From: Lytechinus pictus
Lineage: Eukaryota
Length of the DNA stretch: 64,000 nucleotides
NCBI RefSeq assembly: GCF_037042905.1
Contig: NC_087245.1
Span: forward strand, 37,016,001 to 37,080,000
Direction of reading: 5' to 3'
The translations under genes were made by a program, and so were the position numbers. Below, one piece after another: positions 1 through 12,375 of the stretch (position 1 is its first letter; each line of letters opens with the position of its first letter). The notes under the pieces are model-generated. The model ran no database searches and was not told the origin of the DNA. It saw only the letters and a list, made by a program, of their open reading frames with translations.

Positions 1-534
1 GCGTCAGTGCAATTAAAAAAATACTTCTAGTACTCTTTACACCCATGTCTACTTTATAATTTCTTGCAAGAATGCGATTCCCATGGCCGGGAAGGGGATA
101 AACGGAGAAGAAAAAAGGAGTGGGAAACAAAGGGGAAAGGCAATTTGGATATTTTTCCCGCGCGGAGCGCGGAAGCAAAATTTTGTATGAAGAGAGAGAA
201 GAACATCTCGTTTAGGTTTTTATTCTTTTGACAAAAAAGAACGAAAAAAACAAAAAAAAACAATAAAGCTATACCCTTTTTCCCTTTTCTCCATTTCCCC
301 CTTCTTTTTTTCTTTTTGGGGGCGTTTTTTTTTTTTGGGGGGGGGGGGCGACCGCCTCCTTGGCTATGCGCCTGCCCCCCTCTCTCTAATGTTATAAAAC
401 AAAATATTTCTCACACGATCCATCAGTTACTTTTTTTGTAAAGTGCACAAAAATTGTTTGTATTCATTTTAAAACAAAAGTTCTATATATCATTACGACC
501 CAATATATCTTTGTTGTAATTTTGCAATGAAACT

Positions 535-790
535 AAGTGAGGGGCTTGCCTTTTGTACAAGCATTGCTTTTTTTCGGCAAGACCCTCCGTTTTACGGGGT
601 TTTACGTTTAAATACAAATGTCATCTTAGGTAACTTTGTTTATTGAATTGTGTTCCTAATTAAATCTAAGATTATGAGATATATACCGGTATATATTATT
701 ATGTCTTGCAGTATTTTCGATCTTGTTATGTTATATTTATCATATTACGTACAATTGTGAAACGAAAATCAATAAATCAAATCAAATCAA
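535..790 (+). mobile_element. Non-LTR retroposon 3' end (CR1/L2-like)
   Basis: Stem GAGGGGCTTGCC...GGCAAGACCCTC, then AATAAA and an (AAATC)n tail. A related segment lies on - at ~53040-53290. Confidence 0.45.
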
Positions 791-869
791 GTTGGAATTT
801 GGGGTCAACTAATTTGGATTCAGCCGGGGATTTAGTTTCGTTGAATTAGTTTTTTGAGCTGTGAATGGA

Positions 870-1022
870 GACACTTCTTTGGCGTACCATACACTGCAAT
901 TAAGTAGCGCGCCCTCACGATGAATCTTCCGGAATTTAGATTGAGAAGACGTGGTGTGTGACCGTGGAATCATCTTCCTATATTTTTACGTTTATTTTGA
1001 TATAGTTTGTCAGAAATTCAAA
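870..1022 (+). promoter_or_regulatory. Probable core promoter/5'UTR of ZC3H15
   Basis: CpG-containing stretch just before the ATG, with GCGCGCC and an ETS-like CTTCCGGAA (~926-934). The TSS cannot be placed from sequence alone. Confidence 0.4.
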
Positions 1023-1094
1023 ATGCCACCCAAAAAGGGAGGAGGAGGACCGAATAAGAAAACAGTAGAGAAGAAGAAGGAGAAAGTTATAGAG
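1023..1094 (+). CDS. ZC3H15: ZC3H15 coding exon 1 (MPPKKGGGGPNKKTVEKKKEKVIE)
   Basis: ATG at 1023. Matches the family N-terminus MPPKK...KKKEKIIE. Ends GAG|GCAAGT (GC donor, phase 0) and joins [11 protein letters not shown] in exon 2. Confidence 0.93.
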
Positions 1095-2122
1095 GCAAGT
1101 TTGATTTTACCATGAGAATGGTTATCATTTTGTGTGCGTGTGGACTTCACATCACAGCCTGGTTGACGAACTTCGCGCACTTCATTCATTCATTCATTCA
1201 ACATGTTCAACTTAATACGATCGCCATATTATATCTCAATATGGGATTGTGTGCATCGAATGCTGACATTTTCGGGATTGCGCCACACAAGTGAAATTGA
1301 ATGCTGGTGTTGACTTTGTCTATGGGTGTCTCTTTTTCATAAACGCTTTCTAAATATCCATAACTGTCTGAATAATTGAGTGAATATGGATATTCATGTC
1401 TTTTCAGTTTTTGTCATGTTTGTTGGGATATTTTGTGGTCAAAATTTCCTAAACTTTTTCAGACTCACTCAGTCTCAGAGTCAACTTTGACGGTTTCGGT
1501 TTGGAAAGTAGTTCTACATGCACTACTATTACTAAATTAGTAACTTGCTTAGCTACTATTTTTACTACCTGCAGCTGGGACCTGTTTCTAGTTCCAAATA
1601 ACCCCCCCCCCCCAAAAAAAAAAAAAAAAAAAAAAAACAATAACAAGACAGTCATTATCTAAAGGAAACCAGCTTCATGAATGGAAGGCTTTAATAGTGT
1701 TATATTCAATTACTGATCATGAGCATTTATACTGTTAAGTAAATGTATAAATGTATGATGTTGTCAGATTCATTTCCTATTTATGATTTACATAGATGTG
1801 AATGTGAAGAATAAATAATTTCTTTCTATTAAGTAATGTGTTGTGTGCATTGCAGAAGTAAGAGTTAGCTGTCATTATCCTAAACTTCTAAAGCCACATC
1901 TTCAATATCAAATTCGTAATTAAGTTTGACACTTTGAAAATTAGTATTTGAAATATATCTTTGAAAGTTGAAAGTATAAGATAAAGATCTTGAATCTTGA
2001 ATGTACATACATGTAATGGTGGTTTGTCCCTGATTATTTTTATGTTAAAAATATATACAGACTTTTGTAATTTCATCTTCGAGATACACTGTAGGCTGCA
2101 GAGCCCTTTGAAGATTACAGCA

Positions 2123-2198
2123 GATGATGATGATGATGATGGTGATTACCTAATGGTGATGGTGATGTTGATGATGATGATGATGGTGATGGTGATGG

Positions 2199-2229
<31 letters not shown>

Positions 2230-2230
2230 A
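2123..2230. repeat. (GAT/GGT)n microsatellite
   Basis: Seen directly. Confidence 0.95.
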
Positions 2231-2235
2231 TAAGA

Positions 2236-2852
2236 GGAGCCTTTCATGGAAGGACTAGATAGCCTGTTGGCCGTTTTATCCAACATAGTCTGTTTTATCT
2301 GACAGTTCCCATAGTAACAATGTTTTTTAACCAAACATAATGAAAGAATATTATCAGATTCAAAATCTTGTTTGATGACAAATGTTGATGAAATGCTCCA
2401 ACATAGTTTGTTTTATCTCACAGTTAGTAACAATGTTTTTTAACCAAACATAATGAAAGAATGTTATCAGATTCAAAATCTTGTTTGATGACAAATGTTG
2501 ATGAAATGCTCCAACATAGTTTGTTTTATCTCACAGTTAGTAACAATGTTTTTTAACCAAACATAATGAAAGAATGTTATCAGATTCAAAATCTTGTTTG
2601 ATGACAAATGTTGATGAAATGCTCCAACATAGTTTGTTTTATCTAACAGTTAGTAACAATGTTTTTTAACCAAACATAATGAAAGAATGTTATCAGATTC
2701 AAAATCTTGTTTGATGACAAATGTTGATGAAATGCTCCAACATAGTTTGTTTTATCTCACAGTTAGTAACAATGTTTTTTAACCAAACATAATGAAAGAA
2801 TGTTTATCAGATTTGAAATCTTGTCTGATGACAAAGGTTGAAGAAATGCTCC
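2236..2852 (+). repeat. MITE whose 3' part is amplified into five tandem ~113-bp units
   Basis: Units start at 2280, 2398, 2511, 2624 and 2737. Intact single copies of the family lie at 38732-38884 (-) and 63027-63183 (+). Confidence 0.85.
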
Positions 2853-3637
2853 TGTGGGCCCCTTAATTAAAGTCAAAGGTCAACTTGAGACAAACATTTT
2901 TGTAACAAAATGTTTGTTTATATCAACATCAAAATGTGTTTCTAAAACCTAGCACCGGGATTTCAAATTTTTAAAGATAATTTTGAAATTACAAGTCCCT
3001 ATTCTGTGAAATTTGGGTACGGTAAGTTATTTGTCACTTGGTTAAGATCAAAGGTCATTTCAGATTTACTTGTATGAAAATAAAATTTCTTCATTAATTT
3101 AAAAGTACCTATCAATTAATTATTGCAAATAAAACTTTTTTGGTGGTCATCAGATTGCACGAATGACATTAAATAAATCAAGTGTCACAATTCAAGGTCA
3201 AAGGTCATTTGATGTCAATGAAACTAGTAACTTCACTGCAGCTGGTTATATTGAAAACCTATCATTATGTAATCAATCAACCAAGTTTTCCATTTTGTAA
3301 GATGCTAATTTAGGGTTCTTTAGTGCTCTAAACATCATATTTTGTATACTTCATATTATTATAAACTTAGCAAAAATATGTAAAAATAGTGAAATCTAAG
3401 AAACAAAAGTTCCCATGCAGATAAAGCTATATGGCCTAAGCCCTAACCCTAACCCTATGGCAAACGCTAATCTGAACAGGCCTTTTTTCCTTTTATGCTA
3501 TTCTTGTCTGCTTTGATTTTCAAGATTTTCACTGTATTCTTTTTCATAAATCAAAATTTTTAGCATGAAAATTGTGTTACAGTCACTGTATGCGTGAAAA
3601 TCTGTGAATTCTGTGTTCTTCCTGAATTCCATGAATA

Positions 3638-6000
3638 CAGGGCGCAACAAACCCGCTTGCCCGGGGCAAGTGAAAATGATGTGCGGGCAAGAATTTCTCA
3701 AAGTCAATTGCCCGATTGGGCAAGATCGGGCAAGTGGTTGTTTTGGAAATAAAATAATAAAATATCAGTAGACCCGCTAAATTTCAATATCTTTTGGATA
3801 ATCACAACTATCTCTCATATTATGTCAAACCAGTAAAAAAAACCAGTGGAAACTGATGTAAAATCATCGCCAATTACCAATAATTTATGGCCAGGTACCT
3901 CGTTCGGAAAACCGTGCCATCGCATCTTAAGTTCTATGTGTGCAATGACTGCGCACACGCTACTATCTTGCTCAAATTGCCGATGCAAACCAAAAAAAAA
4001 ACCCACCAAAAGTGGCTAAAATTTCACATTTTGCAAAAATCCATGAAATGGCCATCTATTTTCCATATTACCTTGAAATTGTTTTGATTTAGTTGGAAAC
4101 TACCGAAAAAATGAAGAATAACCAGCTCTTTCTTGACTCTGATTTATGATGATGTTACACTCGGTAAATGTTTTTTATTATTGTGGTCCCACATGTAGAC
4201 TTTCATGGTGTTGACAAGAGTAAAATGATCAAAACGATCAAACGATCAACGATTGTTTTCTGTTATTGCAACACCATGAAAAAAATCCATGAAAGTCTAC
4301 ATGCGGGACTACAAAAATGTACAATAATAAAATATATTGACTGAGTGTGTCATAAAATGATGAAGAAAAGACAAGAGAGAGGTGAATATTCTTAATTTTC
4401 TTGATAGTTTCCAACTAATATTTTTTTTAATCAAGGAAATATGGAAAATAAATTACCATTTCATGGATTTAAAGATGCAAAATGTGAAATTTTAGCCAAG
4501 TACTCCACTTTTGATGATTTTTTTTTACATCATAAAACAATCTTTTTCATAGTCAATAAAGAGCTGAATATTTTTCACTGGCTTTCTTTACAGTTTCCAA
4601 CTAAATTAATACAATTCTAAGGAAATATGGCAAACAGATATCCATTTCGTGGATTTAAAGATGCAAAATATGAAATTTTAGCAACTATTGGTGAAGCTAT
4701 TTAAAAAATCTTAAACGCCCATTTATAAATAGCGAAAAGTTTTTTTCAAAATAAACATAATGACTCAGGCCTATGTTGCTGAAAATAAACTTTTAAAACG
4801 TTTGTTCTTTTATATTATACAACTCCCAAGAATATTCTGTAATCTGATTGGTCCAAATCGGATCACATGACATTCAGCGAATTGCACTCTTGCATCCAAA
4901 ATGCACTATCCTGCACTCTGATGTCAGAGTGCAGGATAGTACGAGGTGTGGAGTGATCTAGAATTATCTAGAATTTAGATCAAATAATAGCATTCGGGGC
5001 AACTCAGTAACATGGGAGAGGAGGGGGTTGTATAAAACAAACAATGCATGCATTCTCGTTCATTACTTGGCCCTGCATGCACACGCTTACGTGCATTATT
5101 TTGTATACTGTACATGATTCTCAATTCTCGCTACCCCAAATAGCGATTTCGCTGAGATCCGGGAAAATCCCTGTAACGCGCATTGCATTATGGGATAGCT
5201 TTTCGGTATTACAACTTCCTGTTCGGAAGTCCAATGCACTGTTTTGCCATTCAGAACAACAGTGCCGTCATGCACAACAACACAACGTCGCTTTCGCTCG
5301 GAAAGTTCGTGATCACAACCCTCTCTTTCACGATACAGTTTAACGGCCTTTTCTGCTAAAGTCACTAATTCTGCCCGACGCTTTCCATTGCACGGTATTC
5401 CTCTGTCAGTTAAGATTTTTTAAAGTTCCGAAACTGATTTTTTATCCATTTTGTGGTCGACGAAAAATTGAACGGAATGAATGCTGTATATATATCGTGA
5501 TGTCAGGCCGGTCGCTAAATGCAAAATTTTAAGATATTCATTTTTGTTTACTTTTTTTTATAACCAAATAAAAACATGAATAAAAATTATTTTCATGTGA
5601 AATATATTTTATATTTTCATTTATAATTCAAATGGAATCAAAACTGACCAAATTAAATAAAAAGTATTATAATCTGTACATATTACGCTGATTGGCATCG
5701 ATTTCAGCGTGGTGGAAAACTCAGTATTGCGAACCTCGCGCGAGCATTACTCTGAACCGGAAGTAGTGATGACGACCCAACGGAGTGAAAATTATCTCGT
5801 CTCGCGCATTATGAGATTTTTGTTCCTATTTGGGGTAGCGAGAATTGTTATTTTGTATGACCTTTAAAAATAAGAGTAGTTCCGTCATAATAAAAAAAAA
5901 TAAAACAAATTGGGCAAGCAGTTTTTTCTATCGGGCAAGCAAAGTTTTTCATCACTTGCCCTGTCGGGCAAGTGACGAACAAAAAATTTGTAGAGGCCTG
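3638..6000. mobile_element. Composite hAT-like non-autonomous DNA transposon
   Basis: Imperfect TIRs CAGGGCGCAACAAA / TTTGTAGAGGCCTG; subterminal GGGCAAG repeats at both ends; flanks ATGAATA / ATGAATG. Confidence 0.6.
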
Positions 6001-6535
6001 ATGAATGTGTTCTGTTTTTGGTTTATGGAGGAAAACTATGGACTCTAAACTCTAATGTTACTCAAATTTACATGTAGACCACTGAAACTGTGCCAATCTT
6101 GCTGTACTGACCTCACTGAAATGTTGTTAGCGCTAACAACGCGCTTACAGAGGCCCAGTTACAACCTGTTACAACCGGTAATGTGGCAGCGATGCCCAAT
6201 GTTACAACAATGCATTACTTACACATTGAAATAAATGCTTTTACTTCACAATCCGAAAGATGTGAATGAGCTTACTCTTAGCGCTCTGTTAGGCTAACAA
6301 TATTTCTGTGCGGGCGGCACTGATGTTCCAAACCCCTCACATTGTTTACCTTGTTGGGCCTTAGGTTTAAGATTAGAAGTAGTTGTAGAGGTGTTGTTGA
6401 TGAAGAAGCAGTCATTGTGAAAACATACAAAATGCAAATCAATCGTTCAGGTACACGTACATACTGCATGTACGAGGGTATTGACCAATATCTCTGTTTA
6501 TTCAATAACATTTATTTCAATTTGCTTACTCATAG

Positions 6536-6640
6536 GATAAGACATTTGGCTTGAAGAACAAGAAAGGAACTAAACAGCAGAGGTTCATCAGCAATGTGAC
6601 CCAGCAAGTCAAGTATGGAAACCAAAAGGATGCAAAAAAG
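6536..6640 (+). CDS. ZC3H15: ZC3H15 exon 2 ([35 protein letters not shown])
   Basis: catag| acceptor, |gtaaga donor, 105 nt; conserved [11 protein letters not shown] motif. Confidence 0.95.
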
Positions 6641-6749
6641 GTAAGAAAATTATAGGATAAAACTCCCTTGTCGATAATTTTTCGAAATTTGAAAGAACCA
6701 CCCCCCCCCCCCCAAAAAAAAAGGTCATATGCGTAGATTAAAATAGTTT

Positions 6750-7710
6750 TTTGTCTCACCTGCATAGCAGAGTGAGACTATAGGCGCCGCTTTTCCGACG
6801 GCGACGGCGGCGGCGGCGGCGGCGTCAACACCAAATCTTAACCTGAGGTTAAGTTTTTGAAATGACAGCATAACTTAGAAAGTATATGGACCTAGTTCAT
6901 GAAACTTGGCCATAAGGTTAATCAAGTATTACTGAACATCCTGCCTGAGTTTCATGTCACATGACCAAGGTCAAAGGTCATTTAGGGTCAATGAACTTAG
7001 ACCATGTTGGGGGAATCAACATCAAAATCTTAACCTAAGGTTAAGTTTTTGAAATGTCATCATAACTTAGAAAATATATGGACCTAGTTCATGAAACTTA
7101 TACATAAGGTTAATCAAGTATCACTGAACATCCTGCATGAGTTTCACGTCACATGACCAAGGTCAAAGGTCATTTAGGGTCAATGAACTTTGGCCGAATT
7201 GGGGGTATCTGTTGAATTACCATCATAACTTTGAAAGTTTATGGATCTGATTCATGAAACTTGGACATAATAGTAATCAAGTATTACTGAACATCCTGTG
7301 CAAGTTTCAGGTCACATGATCATGGTCAAAGGTCATTTAGGGTCAATGAACTTTGGCCAAATTGGGGTATTTGTTGAATTACAGCCATAAATTTGAAAGT
7401 GTGTTGGTCTAGTTCATAAAACTTGGACATAATAGTAATCAAGTATCACTGAACATCCTGTGCGAGTTTCAGGTCACATGATCAAGGTCAAAGGTCATGT
7501 AAGGTCAAAGAACTTTGGCCACGTTGGGGGTATTTGTTGAATTGACATCATATCTCTATAAGTGTATTGGTCTAGTTCATAAAACGTGGAAATAAGAGTA
7601 ACCAAGTATCACTGAACATCTTGTGCGAGTTATAGTAGTTTTCAAAATCAGCACTGCTGCTATATTGAATCGCGTGATGCAGGTGAGACGGCCAGAGGCA
7701 TTCCACTTGT
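6750..7710 (+). mobile_element. Helentron-associated non-autonomous element (HINE/DINE-1-like), copy 1
   Basis: 5' subTIR GTCTCACCTGCAT plus a short inverted repeat GTGAGAC; (GGC)n microsatellite; about five internal 160-190-bp tandem units; 3' subTIR ATGCAGGTGAGAC, GCC-AGA-GGC hairpin and CTTG end; inserted in a T-run. Confidence 0.75.
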
Positions 7711-8264
7711 TTATCTTATCAACTGTTGGTGGGGGGGGGGGGGGTTCTTGTAGGTTTTTTTCAAACATTGATGTGATATATGTAGGTGATGTTCCAAATG
7801 TATATCTCTCTTAATTAACCCATTAAATTTAAAATCTCAAAGAAAATTAATAATTGTATCATGGACACACTGGTGACAAACAAGAGCATCAATAGAAGAA
7901 TCCATGCTGCTTCACTTATATATTTTTATCCCTCCATGGAGATTAGTTAATTTTGACATAAATAGATTTTACTATTGGAACATACATACATGTATGAGCT
8001 TGAAGTATGATTGCTGTAGTTTCTTCCCCCTCACTTCACTAGTGGAATATTTATTTTATATTGGAAATACTAATTAATTCAGAATGGGACTTTCAATTCA
8101 GGGAACCCATTTCAGATTATGAACCCTTTATATTTAAACAACTATCTAACTTTTCCAACCTTTTCAAATCCATCAATGTATTGACGGGGGTATTAATCGA
8201 CATGATGCTAATAGGGTAGTAGATTCCTTGCTCAAGGTGTGAGAAGCCTGTAAGGTTTCTCTGT

Positions 8265-8525
8265 CCATGTGTTGGCTCATTTGGTAGAGCGTCTGTCTAA
8301 CAACCGGGATGGGGGGGGGGGGGGTCATGCCTCGATTGAGTCAGACCAAAGGCAAAAGATTTTAAAACTAAAAGATGGGAGTTGCTTCTACCCTGTTTGG
8401 TTTCAACGATTTAAAGGAGAGTAGCAACGTCGACCTAGCGCTGCAAAGTGGCTGCCAGGCCAACAATAAATTGGGGAAAATTAATTGATTGAGTATTTCC
8501 AGATTGCATTTCGAACAATAAAATT
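8265..8525 (+). mobile_element. Degenerate tRNA-derived SINE (duplicate at ~10254-10514)
   Basis: A-box-like TGGCTCATTTGGTAGAGCG head, non-tRNA body, ends near AATAAA. Confidence 0.5.
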
Positions 8526-8737
8526 TGGATTTCATGAAGCATTATGGTATGGTGGTCATGACTGTCTCCTTGTTACAGAGGGTTGCATGCATTTTAATCC
8601 CACCGCGCTCGAGCGTCCTTTGGCGAGGTGTCAATCCACTACTCTCCACCCAGGTGTTGAATAATCTACGTCGAAATTTGAAAGAACCACCCCCCCCCAA
8701 AAAAAAAAAAGGTCATATGCGTAGATTAAAATAGTTT

Positions 8738-9698
8738 TTTGTCTCACCTGCATAGCAGAGTGAGACTATAGGCGCCGCTTTTCCGACGGCGACGGCGGCG
8801 GCGGCGGCGGCGTCAACACCAAATCTTAACCTGAGGTTAAGTTTTTGAAATGACAGCATAACTTAGAAAGTATATGGACCTAGTTCATGAAACTTGGCCA
8901 TAAGGTTAATCAAGTATTACTGAACATCCTGCCTGAGTTTCATGTCACATGACCAAGGTCAAAGGTCATTTAGGGTCAATGAACTTAGACCATGTTGGGG
9001 GAATCAACATCAAAATCTTAACCTAAGGTTAAGTTTTTGAAATGTCATCATAACTTAGAAAATATATGGACCTAGTTCATGAAACTTATACATAAGGTTA
9101 ATCAAGTATCACTGAACATCCTGCATGAGTTTCACGTCACATGACCAAGGTCAAAGGTCATTTAGGGTCAATGAACTTTGGCCGAATTGGGGGTATCTGT
9201 TGAATTACCATCATAACTTTGAAAGTTTATGGATCTGATTCATGAAACTTGGACATAATAGTAATCAAGTATTACTGAACATCCTGTGCAAGTTTCAGGT
9301 CACATGATCAAGGTCAAAGGTCATTTAGGGTCAATGAACTTTGGCCAAATTGGGGTATTTGTTGAATTACAGCCATAAATTTGAAAGTGTGTTGGTCTAG
9401 TTCATAAAACTTGGACATAATAGTAATCAAGTATCACTGAACATCCTGTGCGAGTTTCAGGTCACATGATCAAGGTCAAAGGTCATGTAAGGTCAAAGAA
9501 CTTTGGCCACGTTGGGGGTATTTGTTGAATTGACATCATATCTCTATAAGTGTATTGGTCTAGTTCATAAAACGTGGAAATAAGAGTAACCAAGTATCAC
9601 TGAACATCTTGTGCGAGTTATAGTAGTTTTCAAAATCAGCACTGCTGCTATATTGAATCGCGTGATGCAGGTGAGACGGCCAGAGGCATTCCACTTGT
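8738..9698 (+). mobile_element. HINE/DINE-1-like element, copy 2 (produced by the tandem duplication)
   Basis: Same structure as 6750-7710 at offset 1988. Confidence 0.75.
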
Positions 9699-11267
9699 TT
9701 ATCTTATCAACTGTTGGTGGGGGGGGGGGGGGTTCTTGTAGGTTTTTTTCAAACATTGATGTGATATATGTAGGTGATGTTCCAAATGTATATCTCTCTT
9801 AATTAACCCATTAAATTTAAAATCTCAAAGAAAATTAATAATTGTATCATGGACACACTGGTGACAAACAAGAGCATCAATAGAAGAATCCATGCTGCTT
9901 CACTTATATATTTTTATCCCTCCATGGAGATTAGTTAATTTTGACATAAATAGATTTTACTATTGGAACATACATACATGTATGAGCTTGAAGTATGATT
10001 GCTGTAGTTTCTTCCCCCTCACTTCACTAGTGGAATATTTATTTTATATTGGAAATACTAATTAATTCAGAATGGGACTTTCAATTCAGGGAACCCATTT
10101 CAGATTATGAACCCTTTATATTTAAACAACTATCTAACTTTTCCAACCTTTTCAAATCCATCAATGTATTGACGGGGGTATTAATCGACATGATGCTAAT
10201 AGGGTAGTAGATTCCTTGCTCAAGGTGTGAGAAGCCTGTAAGGTTTCTCTGTCCATGTGTTGGCTCATTTGGTAGAGCGTCTGTCTAACAACCGGGATGG
10301 GGGGGGGGGGGGGTCATGCCTCGATTGAGTCAGACCAAAGGCAAAAGATTTTAAAACTAAAAGATGGGAGTTGCTTCTACCCTGTTTGGTTTCAACGATT
10401 TAAAGGAGAGTAGCAACGTCGACCTAGCGCTGCAAAGTGGCTGCCAGGCCAACAATAAATTGGGGAAAATTAATTGATTGAGTATTTCCAGATTGCATTT
10501 CGAACAATAAAATTTGGATTTCATGAAGCATTATGGTATGGTGGTCATGACTGTCTCCTTGTTACAGAGGGTTGCATGCATTTTAATCCCACCGCGCTCG
10601 AGCGTCCTTTGGCGAGGTGTCAATCCACTACTCTCCACCCAGGTGTTGAATAATCTACGTCGGCCCCGCTGCCCCCTTCCTGGCTCAAGTATGGCGAGCC
10701 TGCAGTTCACAAACGTATATACGCGCATTCGTACGTAATTGCGCACATCCAGAGATACTACTAGAGACGAACATTGCGCTTTATTTGGCTTATTTTTGTG
10801 GCGTCACAATGGTTGGTAGTAAGTATTTTGCTTGAATTTGGCTTGGTAAAAGTAAAATACTTAGATGATCTGAATATGAGTATGAGCATTTTGTTATCCA
10901 AGAACCCCCCCCCCCCTAATAAGGACTTATTCTTTCCCTGTGTTATGGTTATTAGGAGGATAGACCTAGATATACCAATGGCTTTCTGTCTTTCCCTCAC
11001 ATCCGCCGTACAGCGTCGATCATTGTTCCTTATTATCTGTTTATGATTATTTAATCTATATATTTGTCAATACTTTTTCCGTTGAAAGCAATTTATTTGT
11101 ATTTTTTTGTGTTTTTGACGAGATGTGAAATAAATGAAACTTAACAGAAACTGGAAAATACTATTAAGGAAAATAGGCCTACTTACTTTGTCTATATAAT
11201 CAATTGAATACGGGCCCCGTAATCTTGAATGTAACGTTGGTCTTTTATTTTGCTATATTTATCAAAG

Positions 11268-11379
11268 AATGCTGACCTAACGGCACAGAAAGGAGCCAAG
11301 AAAGATGCCAAGAAGAAAGAAGCGGATGAGCTAAACATGCTCTTCAGGCCAGTCATGGAGGCTCAGAAACTATCTAAAG
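11268..11379 (+). CDS. ZC3H15: ZC3H15 exon 3 (NADLTAQKGAKKDAKKKEADELNMLFRPVMEAQKLSK-G)
   Basis: aaag| acceptor, G|gtatat donor, 112 nt, phase 0 to 1; ELNxLFxPV motif. Confidence 0.9.
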
Positions 11380-11467
11380 GTATATGCATTCACTATTCAT
11401 TTTCCGTGACTCGCTATGTAAAAGATGTTGATCAGTGTATCAACATTATCCCTGTTTTAGACATCAA

Positions 11468-11957
11468 CAGGGTTCCCAGCCCATCAGGGAAATCTGGGAA
11501 AATAATTTTTCTTTTTTCAGTCAGGGAAAAATCAGGGAATTTGATTTTTTTAAATACCTCAAATCAGGGGAAAATGCTTCAAATGAGGGAAAAATCTTCA
11601 AATGAGGGAAAAATCAGGGAATTTTGATCGGCCCACAGGTGGAAAGCATGGTAGTCAGTCAGACTCTGTTATATTTTGTTGCATATCAGAACAACATCCA
11701 TTGAATGACTGGTTATGGTGGTTATAGGGTATGGTGGATGGCTGTATGGGGAGAAGGGAGGCCATTACATGCCTGTGTAATAGTACTAATTAGTTTTACA
11801 TTATTATTTTTATACTGAAAATGCATGTAATTCACTGCAACAGCTTAGAAAACATGCGAAACTGGGAATGGGTTTAAATAACTATCAGGGAATTTTTTAA
11901 ACTTGATCAGGGAAAAATCAAGGGAATTTTGTTTTCTTGAAAAGTTTGGAAACCCCG
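11468..11957. mobile_element. hAT-like MITE with 5-bp TSD
   Basis: Termini CAGGGTTCCCA / TGGAAACCCCG; repeated TCAGGGAA subterminal motifs; ATCAA on both flanks (11463-11467, 11958-11962). Confidence 0.7.
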
Positions 11958-12005
11958 ATCAAATGTTTCATTCAAAACAGCATTATTTCCTGTGCATAGA
12001 CTGTA

Positions 12006-12375
12006 TGGGTTTATTTTCCATTTGGTCTAATACCAATTCGTCCAATTACCAACTCGTCTACTATCATTTGGTCTACCAATAGATTAGTTAGCCCACTATT
12101 CACATGGTCTCATTACCATTACATCCACTCACTATTTCGTCTTAATACCATGTGGTCCAATAGCTATTAAGTCCATGTACCATTTGGTCTAATTGGACTA
12201 AGTGTTGGTTGGGCGAATGAATGAATGAAAAGAAAATGGGTATTAGACCAACTGGTTATGAGACAAATTGGTCATAGACAAATTGGTGATTAGACGAAGT
12301 GATTATTTGACCAAATGGCCGTTAGACGAAATGTTAATGGACGGAATGGCGCTAGACTGAGGTAGACCGTGTAGG
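12006..12375. mobile_element. Interspersed element with short periodic internal inverted motifs; related copy at ~16900-17275
   Basis: Repeated TTGGTCTA/CTCGTCTA in the left half and TAGACCA/TAGACGAA in the right half; two homologous copies in the window. Confidence 0.6.

Larger units (their letters stand above)
6682..10662. repeat. Direct tandem duplication, unit ~1989 bp (6682-8670, 8671-10659)
   Basis: Near-identical copies; TCG microhomology at 6682, 8671 and 10660. Confidence 0.97.

Noticed and set aside
3435..3457. Interstitial telomeric (CCCTAA)n
   Set aside because: Only about three units embedded in a repeat remnant; too short to indicate a fusion or healing site.
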